Assembly (NCBI GenBank): GCA_004022145.1
Contig: RCNU01000009.1
Length of the DNA stretch: 64,000 nt
DNA from: Paecilomyces variotii
Lineage: Eukaryota
Direction: 5' to 3' (one strand)
Of this stretch, positions 22,869 to 37,264 are shown in pieces. The position numbers were made by a program, and so were the translations under genes. Below the pieces are notes generated by a model. It had not been told where the DNA came from, searched no databases, and was given only the letters and a program-made list of their open reading frames with translations. The stretch's first letter is position 1. The number at the start of each line of letters is the position of its first letter.

Positions 22869-25800
22869 CTGGTTATCTCGCATCGTTAACACGGATGAGG
22901 TCGCCGGATCGAGCCCGGCCCGTCCTCCTTTCATCTCCCGAGAAAAGAAGAATACAGAGAGCTAACGTGATTTCGGTTGTTATATATAGTGTCAGGCACA
23001 AGCCCTCGACCAGTGATCATAACAATTTCGATACAGCATTCATATCTTCGCCCATTTTCCTTTTCACCCTCATGTTCCTCTTCCCACGAGACGTGCCATG
23101 TGATATGCGATCGCCTATCTCCACACGCAACTATATATGCATGCATCTGCATCGATGCCTCTTTCAAAAGTGCCGCAATAGCGTACTTGGCCAATTGGAT
23201 ATCTAGATATCTATTTGTTGCTTGAAGCATCATGGCGCCATGCAAAAAAAAAAAAAATCAATCTCAACCTTCTCATTGCGAACTGAAATCCTCTGCGCTA
23301 CATCACTCTACTTTCGGTACTACACCGGTTCCCATGTTGAAGGAGAAAGTAATTCTTGACCAGAGAGCAGACATAGCTGACAAGTACAACATGAACTTTT
23401 CGCCCTTCATCACTATCTATCCCGATCTCTCAGGAGTCGAGTTACAGACAACTCTTCAACGCAATATCAGCAGATTAACCTTTCCCAACACAGTAGGGAG
23501 TTTAAGAAGAGGAAACAGTATTTATTACTGCATAGACATAGGAGCCTGGTTTAGCTAACGAGTTTCAGCATTCTTTCGGATATAGTTATTATCCAAGTCC
23601 AACCTTTCCGATTGTACATATACCTGGTAGTACCAGTCACCCTCCCACAAGTATGGTATTGCCACAACCACAACCACATCCCCAGCCTCCTTCTATTTCA
23701 ACACCACCGACGAAATGCTATCTCTTTCCCGCTCTCCTTCTCATGTGTCCGAATTGTATTGTTAGACAGTCTTTGCTCTGGAACAGAGTACGAACACGGA
23801 AACAATATCGGCTCAGGTAGGTACCAATGCATTCATTAAATGAAGTGAAAACGAAGGGGACAGGAAATTAATTGTTAACGTCAAAGTCAAAACACCCAAG
23901 AAAAGACCTCTATTCAGAGTCTGGCTTTAGCGGGGGAATTCTTGTTTAAAAGCAGCGACCTGTGAGTAGTTTTCGACTGATTTTTTTTGGAGGGGTGTGA
24001 GAGTTTTTATTACCGATGGGAGAGGATCGGGTTGGATATATATAAGTTGAAACATGTAGAAATATTTCGAAAGAGTTGGCAATTGTATTACCTTAGGATG
24101 GCATCAACCAAATAGTACTCAGAGAGTGTAGAGTGATCCTATAAGTAGTGGGGGTATTAGTAAAACGGCGGCTCGCTGTTGGGAGGGAGTTATGCGTTAT
24201 CTGGAATCGAAAGCTGTCGGTTTCGACGTTAATTATTGCACAGATCCTCACACCCTATGTATGAAATGGGAAGGGAAATATCAATTTGAGCAATGTATGG
24301 AAGGTGATGCTTTACCAAGATTATATCAGATATGGAAATGCAAGGAGAGCCATGTACTGTTCGTTCTCACCATATTAAAGTTACTGTTTTATCTTGATTA
24401 CAGACCGCATATATTATCATCGCCAATTGCATCACATAAGGTTAGTCTTACTGTACTTACTCTATATTAAGTTAGTCACGAGTTGCAGAAGAATTTTCCA
24501 TTTCAACCCCTCTCCTCAACCCAGGAGATTTTCCTTCATTCTCGCAACCTTGGGTGTTTTGTTTCACACGCGTAAATTAGAGTATATCCATGGTCTCCAC
24601 GTGCTAGGTACCTAGCTAAGGTGGCTAATGATCTGAAAATTCCGAAACGAACCCTGGAACGAACGGGGGCCCGCGGCAGCTGTCATGTTCTTCGCACTCT
24701 TCGAATCATTCCTATCCTTGGTTAATCAAGCTGTATACTCCATACTTAGCGTCTGCGGAGAGGGAAAAAAGTTTCGGACGGATGACTCAGAGTCGTAATG
24801 ATGATGTGCCTGTCATTCGCCGGGGCTGTCTTCCCTTGTTCCCTTTCCTTTCCCCTCACGCGCATTGAACCCTGCATGGAGAGAGGACGTCTGCTTTCTT
24901 CGTGTCATATTCCGGTCGTACTAGTAGGGATGACGAATATGACATGACAACAGAAAGAGAAGAATAGGCAGATAGTGGAACCTAGTGGAAGCTGCAGCCC
25001 GGCAAAACTGCCATATTGCGCTGAGGTGGTTATTCCCTCTCTGGTCCAAGATCCGGCTCAGCAATGAGTGGTATTCCTCTCGATCGAAAGAGATGGATGA
25101 AAGACATGTGGAGTATCCAATAATAGCAGTTGCTGGATAACGAAAGTAACGATATGCATTCCTTAGGTAACATCCACGGCGCGAGTCGGAGAACTGCCGA
25201 CTATCTGGTTCGTTGGGCGATCGTCTTTTGTAGCCGGCTGGCTGTACTTCGTCTGTAAGTATATGTAGCGTCATTTGCTTTTTTCTCTCAACGGGCGGGA
25301 ACTACTGCAAGGCCGGGATTGTTGTTTCTCTGACCCCGAACATCGCTCCAATCCATCGTCGGAGAGGACCGTTCTCGGCGGAGTTCTCGGGTGATTGTCC
25401 TCGGAGGAGGACTTGAAAAGCAGTCCAATGGTGGGATCTGCTGTGCTATCTTTCGAGCAGAATAAAAGCTCGATGTGACTGCAGAAACGAGACACGCTTG
25501 TGGCAGAAGAGAGGAGGGAATTGCCGCATCTCTCCCCACCATGGATTCCAGAAGGAAAATAAAGACGAACTTCGTAAAGAAGCAAGTCATATGGCCCTGT
25601 GAAGAGATGAAGAAATGAGATATCCGGAGAATCGCACGGACGCCCTGACATCATCCTAGTCGTAAGTCTTCGGCTGCTTCGCCATGGACGGCGTCTGTTA
25701 TGTCGCGAAATAAACCGTTCATTGGTTCGGGAAGTCTCTCAAGAAGATATTTTAGATTGTTCTCTTACTGTCCGTGTACAGTAGTAGTCGGGCTTTGACC

Positions 25801-28800
25801 GCCAGAACGGAAGAGGGCGGCAGAGATGATTGACGATTGGGATCACGCGTACAGCCCAGAGTCCAGACATTCTTGGATCCCTGTTTTGAATCCAGACTCT
25901 CCGGCTAAAACTTCATCGTTCTTCTCTCTGTGTCGTCGCGTCGCCACGCGTTTTGGCTGATAAGATAGCGGGGATGACGCTCGTTGTCTCAGATGTGGAA
26001 GAACCGGTGGCCCGAGAACTGAACCCTGGGATGACTATCGGGATAGATCTACGGAGTATTCTACTTCCAAAACATACAGTGGCAAATATCTGCGAGCGGC
26101 TTTCTTTTGACCGCAGCTGGACGCGGGAATAACAGAAAAAATATCGCGATCTTGCCCTGTTTTGACCATGGTCATCGTTTCTTCAATAATACCGGGACGT
26201 TCTCCCGCGCATCTTGTGCCCTATCTTGCCTGTAACTCAGATCGATTTGACTCCTCATGGTTCTCCAGGGCCGTTGCGGGGACGCTGCCTGGATTACGAT
26301 TGCATAGCGGGGGTTTTGACTTTTGTTCTTTGTTACACAGCCACATATTGGTCGAGCATTTCGGGATATCGACTGCTCCCAAAGGAGGTTGAGCAGCTCG
26401 ATTCTTGTACTAATGTGAAATATGCTTTTCCCAAGCCTAGAGGCACTTCAGTAGGTACCCGCAGATGGAAGGCTCTACGATAACCCAGATAGGCGCATGG
26501 ATTATTCCGTATTTAGTGACTGGCAAAGGCAACACAGACCAGTTAGCGAGCCCTCAAACGAAGATCATGGGCGATCCGGGCGGCTTTACGGACTTTGGGG
26601 ATGTCCACGGCCATGAACTTTCCCAGAGCAGTTTTCCTCTTCCATTGTTATCACCGGATCGCACTCTCGACGGAATGACCCAGGTTCACACTGCAGTTGA
26701 CGACGCGGAACCGCGAAGCTTGGCGGCACCTAGACGGCGACTGTGATGTCTATCTGGTGAAGTAGTTTTCAAGGTTTCGAGGAGAAAATCAAAGGCGGGG
26801 GAGCAAGTTTCAATAATGTATTTACCCAGTACAAGACCATGGATCATCAACTGTCGGCCGCGCCCAGCCCATGGGCCATCACCGGAGACTAAGAGTTTAA
26901 GTGGCTGTGATGCGCCTCCCGATCGCCCTAGTAAACGGCGTACGACGACTGTACGATGCAGTGCAAGGGCATGGGACTTGCTTTAGCCTAGGGAGGCTGC
27001 ATCTGCTTCCTTTTGGATGCCGGTTCATGCCCCTCTTCCGGACAATAATTATCACGAGGAAGATAGAACTAAGAATGAGAGGATAGCGCGACTGCAGTGA
27101 CGATTGTGATTCGTCTTCAGCTGGTCTCTCGCATAAGCCGTCTCTCCCCTTCGAGGACCGACCATGTTGATCCTTAGCATTAGTGGCGCTTATGAGCGTA
27201 GACTTGCCGTAGAATCTCTGTCTCCTCCAAGACTTGGGCGACTGGCTGCCATGACAAAGAACAAGTATTATCACTCTCAGATTTGAGTATCAATATTTTT
27301 GCTCCGTTACGGTGGCCGGTGCATAGATGGGGCCGTTGATCGACTGTTAGTGCCCGCTTTCAAATGACCCTTGTCGACCTTGTAGGGGGCCGAGAAAGTG
27401 CGAAACTCTATTGTCGCATTATCTTTGTACATACTTTGGGGACTTCGTCTCGATATCAAAGTGAAGGAGTGAGGCAGCGGAGCCGGGGCCGTTTTAGAAA
27501 CCACAAAGGTCTCACGAGGACATGAAGTCGAGAAAAGCTTCCAGGACGCTCCAGCGACAGGGATAGTATATTCCATCGAAACCAAGGGTATCGGCCACAC
27601 AATGGGCCATCTGATTCCGATATCGAGGGGTGATCCATGATGCGAGTCCCTGCCGGCATATCCCCCTAGACCCGGCCTAACTTTCGAGACCGATCATATC
27701 ATGGGCTCTGCAGACCTCGCGCTGTGTCCTGCTCTGCTCAGCCCTGGGTCCCACCTCTTTCATCTCGAGTGGCGGATTGTCGACAGTTAGCTCCGTACGA
27801 CGATGCATGCTTGTTAATGGAATGAGAGCCAGTCCGTAGCGTGGTCCTTAGCGCGATTCCCGATATGCTCTACTCGACCGAGTCAGTCGTCGATTGACGG
27901 ACGAGGGGCAGCTGAGAGGTTGCAAATTGCAAAAGAAAAAGTCCCATCGTGAAGGGACATTCCCCGTTGCGTTGAAGGTAACTTCTAATGGAGAGTCCCA
28001 GTATGGATGGAAGGTGGCGGTCTGAAATCTTTCGAAATCAGGAGGACACAGATCCTTGTTGGTCATTAAGGACTTACTCTTTTCGGGCTTGCTACCTTGT
28101 GTATGAACCACCAGCATCGCCCACCATGTTCGCTCCAGGAATTAGGGGCTTGGAATCTGTTTTTCGTATTATGGTATACATCCGTTACTACAGTGGCAGC
28201 ACCAAGTAACTTATATAAAGCTTCTTGAAGCCTCCACCAGCGGTGGCTTTGGCAGGATATTGAACATGTAACGTATACAATATTGCCGAACGAATAGTTA
28301 GTTAGTAGTCAACGGAGCTGCATGCTGCCAGATCGGATGAGAACCACTGAACTTTGAAGCGCTTCCGCCCTTTGCCTGGCTGGTGTTACATGATTAAGTT
28401 TCTTCTGGATAAGACGTATGCACCTGGACGGTTTGATCGTAGACATGCTGCATCGCATCTATCCTGCCGGCTCCATCAAGACATCCCGGTGGAGATCATC
28501 CTGGTAGGGTTTATCCGGGCCCTACCTATGCTAGTAGAGTATTCTACTATAGTAAACATTGATCCGATATGTAGTAGTCTTGTCTTCAGTATTATATTAT
28601 TCAGTACGGAGTAATAATGTTCATTCTCCTCCATCTTCTCCTGGCCACTTTCTGTTCCCGTGACCTTTGTCAGCGCGAGAGTCTCGTGATCTATCCCAAA
28701 ACGGAAGGACCGGCGATCGAAAAGAGTCGAAAAGACGAAAAGGAAGATAGAAAAAATAGAAAAAAAAAGAAGAAGAAAGAGAGAAACAGGACAAGAGGCA

Positions 28801-28932
28801 GTGCTAAACTGAGATCTTGTGTTCATTAATCATTATTTCATTTGTGCTGATCCCGCTCTGGCCACCATTATTATTTTCTGCTTTCCTTCAGCCAACAAAC
28901 GCTGAATGTCCAAACGCCTCCCGACGACGGCT

Positions 28933-28960
28933 TCTCTCTCTCTCTCTCTCTCTCTCTCTC
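28933..28960. repeat. (CT)n microsatellite
   Basis: Seen directly in pyrimidine-rich, promoter-like sequence upstream of NPL6. Confidence 0.9.
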
Positions 28961-30442
28961 CACCAACCGCGGTCTCTCAGATCTCTTCTCATCAGATTCC
29001 GTCCGTCTCTCTCTCTTTCCATCAACTAACTTGAGTTGATTGATTAATTAATTCCTTATTAACTTACTTCTTCAGTTAACTAACTAGTTGAGGCCGCGCC
29101 TGTCAGCAGTTCTACCTAAGTTAACTTAACTACTGTACTAGGATCGACGGCAGCTTCCGCTTGACGCTCCCTCGCGTCGCCTGCTGGATCCCTGGCTCGC
29201 ACTCGCGCATCCGCCAACAGCCAGCCCAAGGCTTGCCAGAAACTTAGAGAACGCCGATTTCTCGTGTCCCACTTGGGAAAACCCCTCTTTGATCCCTCTC
29301 TTCTCTTAACTTACCCGGGGGAAGTCTATCATCCACCGACTAGATCGTCTGCATCGTCCGTGTACGACCAGCAGCCATCTGCCGCCATCCAACCAGCTCC
29401 CTCAGATACGCCCCCTCCAGGTCGCGTCTGCTGCTTCAGAGTCGCGATCACAGTTTGTGGTCTCTGTGCGCGAACCACTACTGCGTTGCGATTCTCCTCT
29501 CGTTGGCGTGTTGTGATTCCTGCCTGCGTGCAAGAACCAGGCTGTGCTAGGCAAGAAAGAATCGCTTGTTCCTCAGGCGCCAGCACTAACGAACCAATAA
29601 TCCTCCCGATCGAGCATGTCTGTCGCGATCGGACATCGACTCTAATCATCGCTGGAAGCACCACTACCATACTACTACTATCTTCCCGACCACCCCTTCC
29701 TTCCAGGCATCGGCATCTGCTCTCTAGATATTATTCTCCTGCTGCTGCCTCTTTGCTGCCGTCGCTTCCTCGCGTCCGTTCCATCCCGGCTCGTTCCTTG
29801 GCCCAATCACGTCAGCGTGGCGCTTCCCAGACGGCCGCCGAAAAGCAACGCACAGGACGGAAAAGCCTTCAGTTCTCCTCGAGATCGCTTCCGCTGCACA
29901 TCCTGTCTTGTTGTGTCCTCTGCTTCGCAATCCTATCCGGTTCCCCCTCCCCCAAAACACCCAACCCCCCACCATAACCCTCGACTGCCGACTGAACCAC
30001 CCTTCAAACCACCCCAGTCGCCCGTATCCACCGACCTTTCTTTCGGTCGCCTTATTCCTCTGCTTTCCGTCCTTTCCATTTGTTCGCGGCCCGCGATCTT
30101 GCGCTGCGACGGCGACGGAGGATCTCAGAAAAAGCTGGTCGGGCTAGGTTCTCAGCCTCGTTGTGGCGGTACCCGCGCAGCCTTACCGAGAACCCCCTCA
30201 GTCAAAGCTTTTTGGTCCAGTTGCGATTGCTTCAGCTCCCGGTGATCCGCCCTGCTGCTTCGTGGACCAAGCTGCATGCGACCTCTGCGCAAACCATCCG
30301 CGGTCTGCTTGCATCGTTGCATCACCCTCTTCTGAGAACGATCCATCCCCGGCGGCAATCTCGTCGAGTTGTTCGATCCCACCGCGTCCGCTGACGCGCC
30401 AACGGCCTTCACGGCCTCAACCCCCTCCATCCTTGGCCCATC

Positions 30443-32909
30443 ATGTATGGCACTTCCCACACCGTTTCCGCCTCGATGAATGGCATGGGAGGAGAGCTGG
30501 TAGATGGTTCCGGTACCATCAATCCGGCTGCATTGAACAACACTGCAGGTATGCTTCAATAATCTGTCCCCTGCCGCGTCGCGCCATTTGATATGCTCGC
30601 GCGACATCAAGAAAGTCCTGATATTGGTCAGCGTTTGATGGCCCGCGATTATTCTATCGATTTGGCGATAATCTGCTCTGTCGAACGCTTGTACTGGGTC
30701 GTCTCATCATGGTGAATCGATGCTGACGGTTTTGCAAGCAGCTTCCTTGCCAACTCCTCCCATCGCTGCGCCGAGCACCAGTCCGCGAGGCATCAAGCGT
30801 AGTCGTTCCCCGGAGCGGTACGAAGATGTGACTTTGGAGGCAGAGCATGACGATGGTACGAGTTTTCTTCTCCAGTGATTGATTTGTAATCTGCTTGTGG
30901 AGGGCAGACAGATTTTTTTTGCCTTTTCGTCTCACGCGTTTTGGGGGAGATACGGAAGAGCGAACTGACAGAAAACCCTTTGTTTTACAGATGATCACAC
31001 TCGCCGTAAACGGGGGCGCCCTCCAAAGACGCCACGAACTTCCAGCGGTACCATTACGAGTCCTGTAGCCTTGTCTCAACAACCGCCATCTGTCCCAGCG
31101 CAAGCGCAAACACCTCAGATGCAGTCGCAATCACTGCCCCGGCAGACTCCTCCGTCGCAAACGTCTCCTGTCCCCAAGACTACTCCCACAAAACCTCTTG
31201 TGAAGGCTCTACCCACAGTGAGGGATCATACTACTGATCAGCTCGGTCCAGAGGGCGATGAATACATTCCAAAGGAATTTGACGAAGCAGGAGAGCAAAA
31301 GGTCGATGCCTTGGGTTATCCTCAGGATTCGCGGCAGTACAAGTGCAGGACTTTCCGTGTTCCCAACCGCGGAGACAAGCTCTTCATGCTGGCGACGGAG
31401 TGCGCGCGCGTTCTGGGATACCGTGACTCGTATCTTCTCTTCAACAAAAACCGATCCCTTTACAAGATCATTGCGACGCAGGCAGAAAAAGATGATCTCA
31501 TCCAGCAAGACATCCTTCCGTACTCCTATCGGTCGCGACAGATCGCCATCGTCACCGCCAAGTCCATGTTCCGTCAATTTGGGAGTCGCGTTATTGTCGA
31601 TGGGCGACGCGTTCGGGATGACTACTGGGAGAGTAAGGCGAGAAAGCAAGGATTTACTGAGGAAGATCTGGCTGGCGAGAAGAGACCAGGTGCGGCAAAA
31701 GCCAGAGACGCAGCAGCCGCTGAAGCAGCCAGTGCTGGCATGCTACCCAACCTTGGTCACGGCGATGTGATTTACAGTAACGCGATCGAGAGTATGCCAC
31801 CGACTCATGGGCTGCCGCCTGGTTTGGGGCTTCCAGCCTCGTCGCTTGCACCGCTGCCGATGATCCACCTCACGCCGACCACGACAGATGACCCTCGACT
31901 GCGAGAGTACAGCAACATCCCCCGTCCACGACAGGAGATGACGGGGCAACCGTATCAAGACCGCACACAACCGAGCACTGCTGCAGAGATCCTCAACCAA
32001 GCTGGGCACACCGCAGATTTCAACAAGATCCTAAATTCTCAGCGCGCTTTCCGTCACAAGGGCCTGGACGAATTCTACGCCAAACAGCGGGATATCCCGG
32101 TGTCTGCATCCCAGTCACAGTCGGTGCCGGTGGAGGCCAATGTTGCAGTATCACAGGCGCTGCAGTCGCCCCGGCTGTCCTCGGGCATGATGAACGCTGG
32201 TCAGCAGCAAACAGTGATGCCTCACCAGACGCCGATGATGACGCCTCAGGTTTCCTATCCCCAACAGCAGACTCATCAGACGCCTATTGCCCAATCCCCT
32301 ATCCGTGGAATGCCTCAGGGGATCCGACCGGATCTGCTACATCAGAGATCCAACCCTTCTCTATCCTCGGCCGGATCGGGACAGAGCACTCCCTATGGAT
32401 ATGCTTCACAACCGCAGCAGATGTGGGGTCAGCCGCCACCTCAGCCGCAGCCGTCACCGATGTCTGCCTCTCCGCATCACAACATGGGGATGCCCCAGTA
32501 TGCCGCGCAGATGCATCCGCAACAGCAGACGCCGTCGCCTCTTCCTCAGAACGCCCAGCAGCATCATCCCTCTCAATCGCCGCGGAACCAGCCCCGCCCG
32601 CCACAGCAGATGCCCCAATCGATGCAGATGCACCCTCAAGCAACGGCACAGCAGACGATGGCATCTCTTGGCTACCCAGGCGTCACTGCGGCTGGATACC
32701 CTGCTCTATCCGCTGCGCGAGCAATGTATCCTTCGACACAGGGTCCCGGTCAGCAGTTCCTAGCTCACCAGCAACCGGGAGTCGCTATGGGGATGGGTGC
32801 AGGACCTGGCATGCCCAGTTGGCCGTCGGCAGTAGGCGGGCCTATGCAGCCTGGACAGCCTCAACCAGGTCAATCTGGAAGTCCATTGGGAGGATGGACA
32901 GGTTACTAG
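30443..32909 (+). CDS. NPL6: RSC/SWI-SNF subunit Npl6/Rsc7/Swp82-like protein, 3 exons
   Basis: Exon 1 MYGTSH...GTINPAALN, exon 2 PRGIKRSRSP, exon 3 with AT-hook RKRGRPPK. Conserved core FMLATECARVLGYRDSYLLFNKN...FRQFGSRVIVDGRRVRDDYWE, then a Q/P-rich tail. Confidence 0.88.
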
Positions 32910-35900
32910 CGCATAACCGGCGCAAACTCTTTTCCTACAACGGCTGGCGTTTATGGGATTTGAGGCGTCAAAAGAACGAGGGGTGTGGCAGGTTTGGCTC
33001 ATCTGGGTTGAACGCGAATTTCAATTGTTTTCGTTCCTCTGGCTTGTTTCATGTGCTTTCCCCCCCTGGTGCATCTTATACCCCCTGGTCTGAATTTATA
33101 TGTTCTGAGGGTGATCACTAATGATACTTCGATCTACCCTTATTTGTTGTCTTCGCTTTCGTCCTTTTATACCCATTTGTCCTCTTCCTTCCTTCCTCTC
33201 GGTCCTTATTGGGGTTGCGTGCGTGTGTGGAGGAATATAGTTGCTCGGTCGAACGAATTTGGTCTACACATTTATCCGAACAATCTTGCATTTATGCCTA
33301 TGTAGAAAGGGCTGATGAGGCCGTTATTGGATCATCTTCCTTTCGACTGTCCTCTTATGTTTGATATCCCCAAGTTCTCCCTTTGCATCGAGGTCTCTCT
33401 GTGTTGCATTTCTGTAACGTTTTTTCTGCCTCGGATCGGTACCTTTCACTCATTAACATGCTTTCACTTCTTACACTTGTCGTACAATGCTTCCGGAGTT
33501 ACTACTTATGACTCGCACTTGGTTGCCCTTTACCCTTCTCTTGTCTATATTTCTGCAATTCTTATTCCCTTATGGGCCATGCATTCTATCGCCTCATCGT
33601 TAAGATCCTTTTCTCGAGCCCGTACTGACTCCCGTGTGGAGTCTGCGGGATGGTAGACGTATGTTACGTGTCATGTCTTTTTTTCGTTGTTTCTGCCTCT
33701 TTGAAGGTACCAAATTGAACTATCAACCGTGTTCTATGTTCATTGAGAATGGCAAAGTGGGAGGGAGTCATCCTTTCCTTTCTGGCGACAGTAGCCGGCC
33801 GCTCGTCGTCATTCGACCATTACTCTTCGGGGGGTAGTGCCAAGGACGACTCATCTTATGTCGCTAGGGGCCTCCAGTGTAACCCCGTATGATTGCACGA
33901 GTTCCCTTTTCTTTTCAATTTGGCCTCGAGTTTCGTATGTCATGCTACCATGAATCTTATATCTTTCCACTCTAGCCTATATTCCTTTATCTCTTTACCC
34001 TTACTAAGAATATGATACACGTTTCCACGTCTCTTATCTATTATCGTCATGGGTGGATCTTGTCCCATTATTCTCTTGTATATCTTTCTGTAAAAAGGTC
34101 CAAGTCTTTTGGAGGCCCCCTTATTCCTTCCCTTCCCTTCCCAGCGTAGAGGCCGTTACTTGTATTATGGTTTGATCAAGAAGAGTTCAATATTGCTTAA
34201 CACTTTTAATATTCCCGTGGATGGAACTAGAGCCACTTGATTCCAGTTCAGTTCATACTCGTTCACCGTAGGCATACAACTTTCATCTCGAGAAATCAAA
34301 GAGCCCGTGATGATTTCGTAATTGCACGTGGACCTTTTTTCCTGCCGGAAACTCAGACATATAACCTATTCTGTTTCCAAAGATTGAATCTTAGCGGACA
34401 TATAATACCTATAATATTCTATCCAGACCTGCTGGTGATTTTATCGAATCCTACACGGAAGCATAGTCAGAATTGAACGACCGAGCTATTTCCTATATTG
34501 CTTGAATTTCTTGCTTAACTCTAGTTCTTTCTGGGAGGGGAGGGGGGGGGGGTCCCATCTTGATCTCCTATAGCATATAATATAGAAGAAATCTAGACCT
34601 TACTGTTCTAGTGGGTTCTATCCTATCATTAGGATATTGAAGAACTTGCTGTAAACGGATAATACGACACGCCAACAATATATACAGTACATCCCTATAT
34701 CTTTTGACTTTGTTCATAAGGAGTTACATAGATAGTGTAATACTTACTTATTCAGTAACTGGGTTATAGTTATAACCATTTCAACATTAAGTAACTAACT
34801 ATTCTTGTTGTGTCTATATTTAGGCGGATATAAAATTGAGCTCACGTGTGTCTAGGTCGGGCTTAATTTACCTTGCGGATATAATAGACGCATATATATA
34901 TATAGTCTCATAATGAGAATAATGGCAATAAGTGCGAGCATGATTAGTTAATGGGATTGAGAAGTGATTTGTCTGTTTTTGGTATTCATATATATATATA
35001 TATATGCACTAACATGCCTATGTATAGTGTATGGCATTGTTTAATGCAATGTGGACGGAGATCTAAGAAAGTGGTATTAGCCATTTAGAGGGGGCGCATG
35101 AGCAGACTGACGAAACAATAGTTAGCTGTCCGGAAGGCATTTAGATATGCTGATTATCTAGTTCTGATTGTCAGAAATTGTGGACATTCTGGGCCTGTTA
35201 GATGCCGGTAAACGAAGAGGAAAAAAAAGAAAAGCACGAGTCCACCGTAGGCATTCCCGGAGATGTACATACATACTACTGCCCAAATAACATCATAGCA
35301 CTTATCTACTAGAATGGAGCATCGCGATAATGAGAGTTAAGTCTATCTATTAGTTACTGACATTCTACGCCGGAGTTCCATAGTTGCTCTCCGCAGCATT
35401 ATGCCAGCCTTTGCCATGACGACCAGAAAGAGCACCTTGTAACTACTGAGAGGTTTGTGAGAATCGGCGATTAAGATCGACCACTTTATGATATAGTTAA
35501 CTAATTGGAATAATCTTTGCCATTGCGTCAGTTGTTGTTTGTGGGTGCGGTCGGAACTACAAGTCCGGTTGATCAGGCCGAAGTTGTTTACCGCGGTCTG
35601 TTTTATATATGTACATAGATAGTCTAGCGCCAGTATCAGCCCCTGAGTCTCCATCCGTTCTTGAGCACGGATGCGTTCTTTTTTTCTCTTTCTTTCTTTC
35701 TTTCTTCTTTTCCTCGGGCAGGTAGCCACGGGGTTGGGTATTCATAACTAACTAACCAAGGACTCGGCACTTACGTATTCGAACGACGATGGATCCGTCG
35801 AATACTCATCCTGAAGAATAGATCGATCCCGTAGCGAACAGCAACGCTGGAGATGAGTATGTACAGTACATACTATCCAGAGGCTATCCGCACTGATTGC

Positions 35901-37264
35901 AAAGAGAGCCATGCTGTATACTGTATTCCGGGCAGCAAGAAAACAGAAGAAGGCTCAATAATAATGCTTAATGCATGCTATAATAATAATGTCGATGCGC
36001 TCGTTCCCAGTGCCCAGACTGGGTAGACTTGGCTGTTCATCCATCGCATCCAATCCCGCCTGCCAGTCTGGCACGTGCATCCCAGCAAAACCAGATAACT
36101 AATACTTAACTAAGCCGTTAACTATTTAATTATCCCGCGCGGAGCCAAGTGACAAAAATTTTCTTTGTCCGATGGTCCGCCCGTAGTAAAGACGCCTATC
36201 TTTCGAATGTATGTACTGTAATTATTTATACAGGCTGGCTGTTAAGGTCTGCCGGGGACAGGAATGTCACTCAACGGCGATCAGCAGGTGTTGGCCCCGT
36301 AGACTGAAACATCGGGCAATGATGGACGGTGCCAATTTGTCGCACGACCGTTATCTTATAATTATGACGGCGATTGCGTATATTACCGGCGAGCTGTCGG
36401 GAAATATACTGTACAAGTGCACAATACTTTTGCTGTATGGAACTTTCGCCGATTCGATCGACGAGAGACTAGGCCCTTTTGATAAAAGTCATTGTGATAG
36501 TTATATACTACCAAAACATGCTTGTCAGGATTCTGACTTGCTGATCATGTAGGCATTCTCCAACTCATGTTCGGAGTGGGCCTAGAGATAGCAGTCAGTT
36601 TGACTTAACATGATGGAAAGCTTTGCCACCGCAGATGAGCCCAATCAGACTTTCTCGATCGTGTGATCGACTCTTGAGAGAGTAGCGAACAGGACGCGTC
36701 CTTTCATAGGATATTACCCTTAACAGTTAAGATAGATAGAGCCACAACTGTAGATGAAAATACTTGGTCTGTGGCATCCACAAGACCGCCGAATATATTA
36801 ATATGTAATTACGCCGGGAGGGCTCGACACGCTAGATGCGTGACAAGAAAATAGACCCTCCGGGAATGCTGCTTAAGGAGGCGCTTGTAAAGACAGACAG
36901 ATACCCACACCGCGAGACAAAGAACTGAGAGAGGAAAAGAGAGAGAGAAGAGAGAAAGAAAAGACTGTCCAGAGAAAAGTGACTCGAACCCCATAAAACC
37001 ATGCCAGAGACTGTTCATCGCCCCAGAGGGAAAAGCAGGAATAGTGCCGAGGGTAAGTAATAATGACAAAACATGATAAGCAGATAAATACCGAATGCCC
37101 CAGTATGAGAGGAAGTAGATATGAGACAGTGAAATAGACCTCCAAAAAGGCGGGTATATCTTAGAAGTAGCCAAGGGAAGCGAAAGAAAGAAAACCTGTA
37201 AATCACATCGGAGGCAGAATACTGCCACAGCTCATATATAGGAACACATAAATCCTGAATATTG

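Noticed and set aside
24921-28209. Scattered 60-127 aa ORFs in the gene-poor stretch
   Set aside because: No recognisable domains and no consistent splice-joined frame found.
29264-30610. Several overlapping 100-237 aa ORFs upstream of NPL6
   Set aside because: Non-ATG starts, low-complexity S/P/R composition and mutual overlap. Better explained as GC-rich leader or promoter sequence.
34600-35010. AT-rich patch with (TA)n as a possible RIP relic
   Set aside because: No termini, repeats or coding trace. It is compatible with ordinary AT-rich DNA between convergent genes.
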